From assembly GCA_010909165.1 (NCBI GenBank), contig MU008192.1, positions 62,001 to 126,000 on the forward strand: a stretch of DNA of 64,000 bases. The letters run 5' to 3'. Positions within the stretch are counted from its first letter, which is position 1. Each line of letters opens with the position of its first letter. Under the pieces are notes generated by a model. It was not told the DNA's origin. It ran no database searches and saw nothing but the letters and a program-made list of their open reading frames with translations. The stretch comes from Anthoceros angustus (lineage: Eukaryota > Plantae > Anthocerotophyta). Shown here piece by piece: positions 59,327-64,000 of this stretch. Made by a program: the position numbers and the translations under genes.

Positions 59327-62300
59327 ATGGGGTCGTCTCTCCCGCCGAAGGAGGCCAACCTCTTCAAATTCATCGTGGTTTGTGTTTGATGCCGCCGGTG
59401 TTGCTGGAATTGGTGCTGCCTCCATCCCGCTATTTCTGATTCCCAGCCCTGGTCTTGCAGCGATCCTACGAGACAAAGCAGTACAAGAAGGGGCTCAAGG
59501 CGTCGGACCAGGTTTTGAAGAAATTTCCTGAGCATGGAGGTAGGCATCTTCCAATCCCACCGTCGTGCTGCACAGTTGGTACGCTCAATCCAACATCCCC
59601 TGTGCGGCTGGCGCGGTGCTTGTCGCAGAGACTTTGGCGATGAAGGGACTGACCTTGAACTGCATGGAGCGCAAGGCTGAGGCCTATGAGCTCGTTCGGA
59701 AAGGGCTCAAGGTGAGTGAGTGAGACCTGGGAGCTTGAATGCATCTGTGTGCGCTTGCTCTGCGGGTGTTGACGGCACAGGTCTGTCCTGGCAGAATGAC
59801 CTCAAAAGCCATGTCTGCTGGCACGTCTACGGGCTGCTGTATCGATCGGACCGTGAGTACCGGGAGGCTATCAAATGTTACAGGAATGCGTTGCGGATTG
59901 ATCCAGAAAACATTCAGATTCTGAGGGACCTGTCACTGCTGCAGGTGAATCATTTTTCCCCGTCCAGGTCAAATCTGGGATGATTGTTGTGGATGTGCTT
60001 GACACTGTGGTGGGTTGCAGGCTCAAATGCGAGATTTGGTAGGCTTTGTTGAGACACGCAGGCAGCTGTTGACTATAAAGCCTAGCCACCGGAACAATTG
60101 GATCGGTTTTGCAATTTCGCACCATATGAACTTCGAGTGAGTGTCACTTGGTTGCCTGCTTTGTTTGAGCTCCCCCTCCTTGCACGTCTTGACAATATGT
60201 TCATCTTATACGTGTGCTGAAATATATGGCGGGTGACTGATCACCACATCATGTTTTGCCACAGTCCTGGTATGGCTGTTCAAATCCTCGAAGCATATGA
60301 AGGCACATTGGAGGAAGACTTCCCGCCAGACAATGAGCGTTATGAGCACAGTGAGATGTTGCTCTATAAGGTGAGTCGCACCTCATTGTACCTCCTTTCC
60401 GGATCCTTCTCTGTAACTTGTGCCCATGTCTTCATGTAGCTTTGCTGGTGACGTATGTAGGCCTCTTTGCTCGAGGAAGCAGGTGCTCCAGAAAGAGCTC
60501 TCGAAGAGCTTTCAAGAAAGGATATCAAAATTGTATGACTCTGTGAGCTGAATTCATCTATTAGGCTTAGTGTCTGCTCCAATTTGGTCTACGGGCTTAT
60601 GTCTTACCCCATCCTTCTCGATGTCCTGTCTCATACCCACTGTTTCTGCTTCATCTTTTGAACTAATGAATGGCATCCATCTGGCAGGTTGACAAGTTGG
60701 GTCTGCGCGAACATCGTGCAAGCTTACTTTTACAAACAAAGCGTCTGCAAGAGGCAGAGGATGCTTACAATCATCTCCTTACTGTTAACCCGGACAACTA
60801 CAGGCAAGTGCAAAGGTGCTGCTTGTTTGGACAGTGGATAGCTGTAATTGTCCTGGATTTGTGTCCTGAAATCAGCTGCCTGTGTTGGCAGCTACTATGA
60901 AGGACTGCAGAAATGCCTGGGCTTGTGGCCACAGAGTGGAGAAGGCTATACCAGTGAACAGGTGGAAAAACTTGTTGTGCTCTATGATGGACTTCGTACA
61001 AAATACCCACACTCTGCAGCTGCAAAGGTACAGAAGTCCCTCTGCCCAATTTTGCTAACATTTGAAACCATGAATGTATCAACGTTGAAATAGTGGTGGT
61101 GGTCATATATTACTTGTCTAGGTGCCTATTGGCATCTCTTTACCTATCTAAGGCATGCCCTTAATGACAGGTTGGTTGGTTGTGCTGGAAATCTTTTCTC
61201 TTGTCTTCAGCGCATACCTTTTGACTTTTTGGAGGGTGAGGCTTTCGAGAGAGCTTTAGAGATCTATGTCAGGCCTTTTCTTTCGAAGGTGAATTTTCTC
61301 GACTACCCTTCATCAGCTGCTCTGCAGTAGAAAGTTGTTGAGACCAGCTCTGGTGTTGAAGTTTTTCCAGAATGAAGCTCTATGGTGTTCGTTGTTGTGT
61401 CCTTTAGCTCTTTGTTCTTGTGCTAATTTAAACCTCTGTGGTTTCAGGGTGTCCCGTCCCTTTTTTCTGATCTTCGACCTCTTTATCATCATCCCGGAAA
61501 GGTGAGACCAAATTTTGTTTGCTTAATTAGTTTTTCTTTATCCTCTGCACCAACAGTTTGATTATCTCAACTGTACGCTCGGTACAGGCAGATATCATGG
61601 AACGTGTCTTCCTCGGAGTGGAGTCTGCACTCCAGAGTACAGGGTGCTTTCCCTCCAGGTATTTGAGGTTGAGTTATGTTCTTGTAGTCCTGGGAGCACG
61701 GACTACAATCGATTTGGAGGTGCCCTTTCCTGATGCCTGGTTCGCTGTACAGCACTGACAAGGAGCCTCCCTCAACTCTTATGTGGACTTTGTTTCTCAT
61801 TGCTCAGGTGTGGAAGAATTGGTGGCAGTTTTTCTCTTTCCTGTATTCTTTTGGTTTATTGTTTGGGATCCAGCTTGTTAATGCTCGAAGGGATGGTGAT
61901 TTGCAGCATTATGACAAAAGGCGGCAGTATAGCAAAGCTTTGGAAAATATTGACAGAGCCCTTGAACATACTCCCACCGCTATTGATTTGTACCTTGTCA
62001 AAGTAAAGTTCCAATGTCCTCTTTCAGCACTTCCTTCAAATACCAAATCACAGTGAAAAGTAGGCCATTACTGAAGTTCCAGGCAGGGTTGGGTACTGAA
62101 CTGTTTCCATCTTCTCAGGGAAGGATATTGAAGCATGCAGGTGATCCCCTTACTGCAGCAAATCTAGCAGATGAAGCTCGGACAATGGACCTTGCGGATA
62201 GGTTTTTGAATAGTGAGTGCGTCAAGAGGATGCTGCAAGCAGATCAAGTAAGTTGCACGCATATTCAGATACGGGACCTGTGCCTTGGTGCACATTCCTA

Positions 62301-63578
62301 GAACCTTGTAGCATATTGTTATGTTTTAGATTTGCTGTTAAGTCGTTCGTAGCGTATCTGGTTAGCACATTACTAACGGTCTCTAGTTGAAGCATTGGAA
62401 GAATTTCCAGTCCTTTCTGTAGCTCACCCCCACTTTATAGTCGCACCTGTTTCACGTGATTGGTTTTTTGTCATGTTTTCTCACTCGTCCCACATGTTGC
62501 AGGTCGAGCTAGCGGAAAAGACTGCTGTCCTGTTCACTAAAGATGGTGATCAGCACAACAATCTTTTTGACATGCAATGCATGTGGTATGTGCTGCGCTA
62601 AGTTTTAGCTTAGGCTCACAGGATGGTTGCCAGGCACTCTTTACTCAGCTACTACTTGCACCATTCCATGCAGGTATGAATTAGCGTCTGGCGATAGTCA
62701 TTTTCGACAAGGGTCTTTGGGAAAAGCATTGAAGAAATATTTGTCAGTGGAGAAGCACTACAATGACATGGTCGAGGACCAATTTGATTTTCATACATAT
62801 TGCTTACGAAAGATGACTCTCCGTGCCTACATCCGAATGCTACGGTTTCAGGACCAATTGCATTCACACCGCTTCTTCTGCCGAGCTGCTTCAGCAGCCA
62901 TAAGGTCTGGGCTGAAGATGGTGGATTCAGATTCATACTGTCTATGTTCTTGTACCTCTGGAAAGTAATAAATTTTATGTTAAGCAGGTGCTATTTATTG
63001 TTATATGATTCACCACCCAAGGCTGCTGTGGAGGCAGAAGAGGCTGCAGCTGCAGGGCTTCCAGCAGCTGAGCGCAAGAGGATGAAATTTAAGGCACGGA
63101 AACTTGAAGCCCGTGCGAAAAAGGTATGGTGGCTGGCAGTAATGTCGTGGTATGGGCTTTAAGCATAACTGCAAGGTCATTTGATCCACCATTGCTCTTG
63201 GCAGGAAGCAGAAGGCAAAGCTAAAGAGGAGGAAGCCGCTGCATTGGCTGCAAACAAAGGTGGAAAGAAAGGTGTGCAGGCACCTAAAGCTGTTGATAGT
63301 GACCCAGATGGGGAGAAGCTTAAACATGTACTTCCGAACGAACCTGATTGCTCGTGAGACTGTTTGGTGGGCTGTGGGACTATAGCTAGCTGTGTTTGCT
63401 CATGCTGAGGTTGTAATGTCCAACCCAAAAATATTTTGGTGAGCAGGTTGAACATCCTCTTGGAGAGGCTATAAAATATTTGAGGCTCTTGCAAGACCAT
63501 TCTTCTCTTTCGCTTGAGACACATTTGCTGGCGTTTGAAGTCTACTTTCGAAGGGGCAAGACCCTCCTTGCTTTACAG
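59327..63578 (+). CDS. NAA15: N-terminal acetyltransferase A auxiliary subunit NAA15; first 20 exons, gene continues beyond the window
   Basis: [103 protein letters not shown]. Exons 59327-59377, 59461-59539, 59629-59711, 59795-59944, 60021-60136, 60265-60370, 60461-60532, 60688-60803, 60892-61027, 61211-61288, 61448-61501, 61588-61658, 61753-61807, 61907-62002, 62119-62247, 62503-62585, 62674-62904, 62988-63123, 63205-63327, 63447-63578. Confidence 0.97.
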
Positions 63579-64000
63579 GTATGTAGCCATTTTGGGAGCA
63601 TCTGTAGGCATCCGGTGGTTGGAGCTGTATTTAATTGCATTTGAGAGGTCATTTGGTGCTGTCTTATCTGTTTGAGTGGTCACTGCTTCATGAGTGAAAT
63701 TGCTGGTCAGAGCCTGCTTTCTCTTGTTAAGAGCTTGGGATGCAGTTTTCCTCCACTTAGAAGCAAGAGTGTGTATCTGTGCTCAAGAACGAAGGAAATG
63801 TAGTGTTAGTGGTTTGATATTATTGCCTCCTGGTGCACGATGAATCCTGGAAAACGCCAAAATGAAAACGGTATCTGGTATTCAGTGATGTCATGATAAT
63901 CAGCTACTTCTGAAGCTTTAGTGATTAAAAATATGGGCTGAGAATACCGGATCATGAGGCTCTGATTGTAGATCTTTTCTGGGTGATTTGTTATGTGCAT

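Overview
Plant nuclear DNA. Short introns and the gene content suggest a non-seed land plant, possibly a hornwort or other bryophyte (inference). About 1-42 kb is mostly transposon debris with many indels: two Ty1/copia remnants, a tandemly re-copied L1-like LINE joined to a PPR fragment, an intronless DExH6-like helicase pseudogene, a structurally complete 4.16-kb Mutator-like element (about 260-bp TIRs, 9-bp TSD TTTGCAAGG) with a partial tandem copy, and a chromovirus remnant. Three clean genes sit in this zone: a 300-aa orphan ORF, a HAD-family nucleotidase, and a 4-exon gene not visible in the ORF track (30082-28392, minus). That gene fuses a His/Gln-rich N-terminus to an IS630/Tc1-like transposase DNA-binding region and stops just before the catalytic domain; it is the best candidate for an undescribed domesticated-transposase factor. 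About 43-64 kb holds intact host genes: a TIC32-like SDR, a secreted 8CM Cys-rich peptide, a plastid-targeted YhhW-type pirin, a plastid membrane protein, a RING-H2 ORF and the first 20 exons of NAA15, with remnants of three further non-LTR retroelement types between them. Exon boundaries were read by eye and domain assignments come from remembered motifs; no database search was run. The repeated blocks differ mainly by small indels, so some duplications and frameshifts may be assembly or polishing artefacts.
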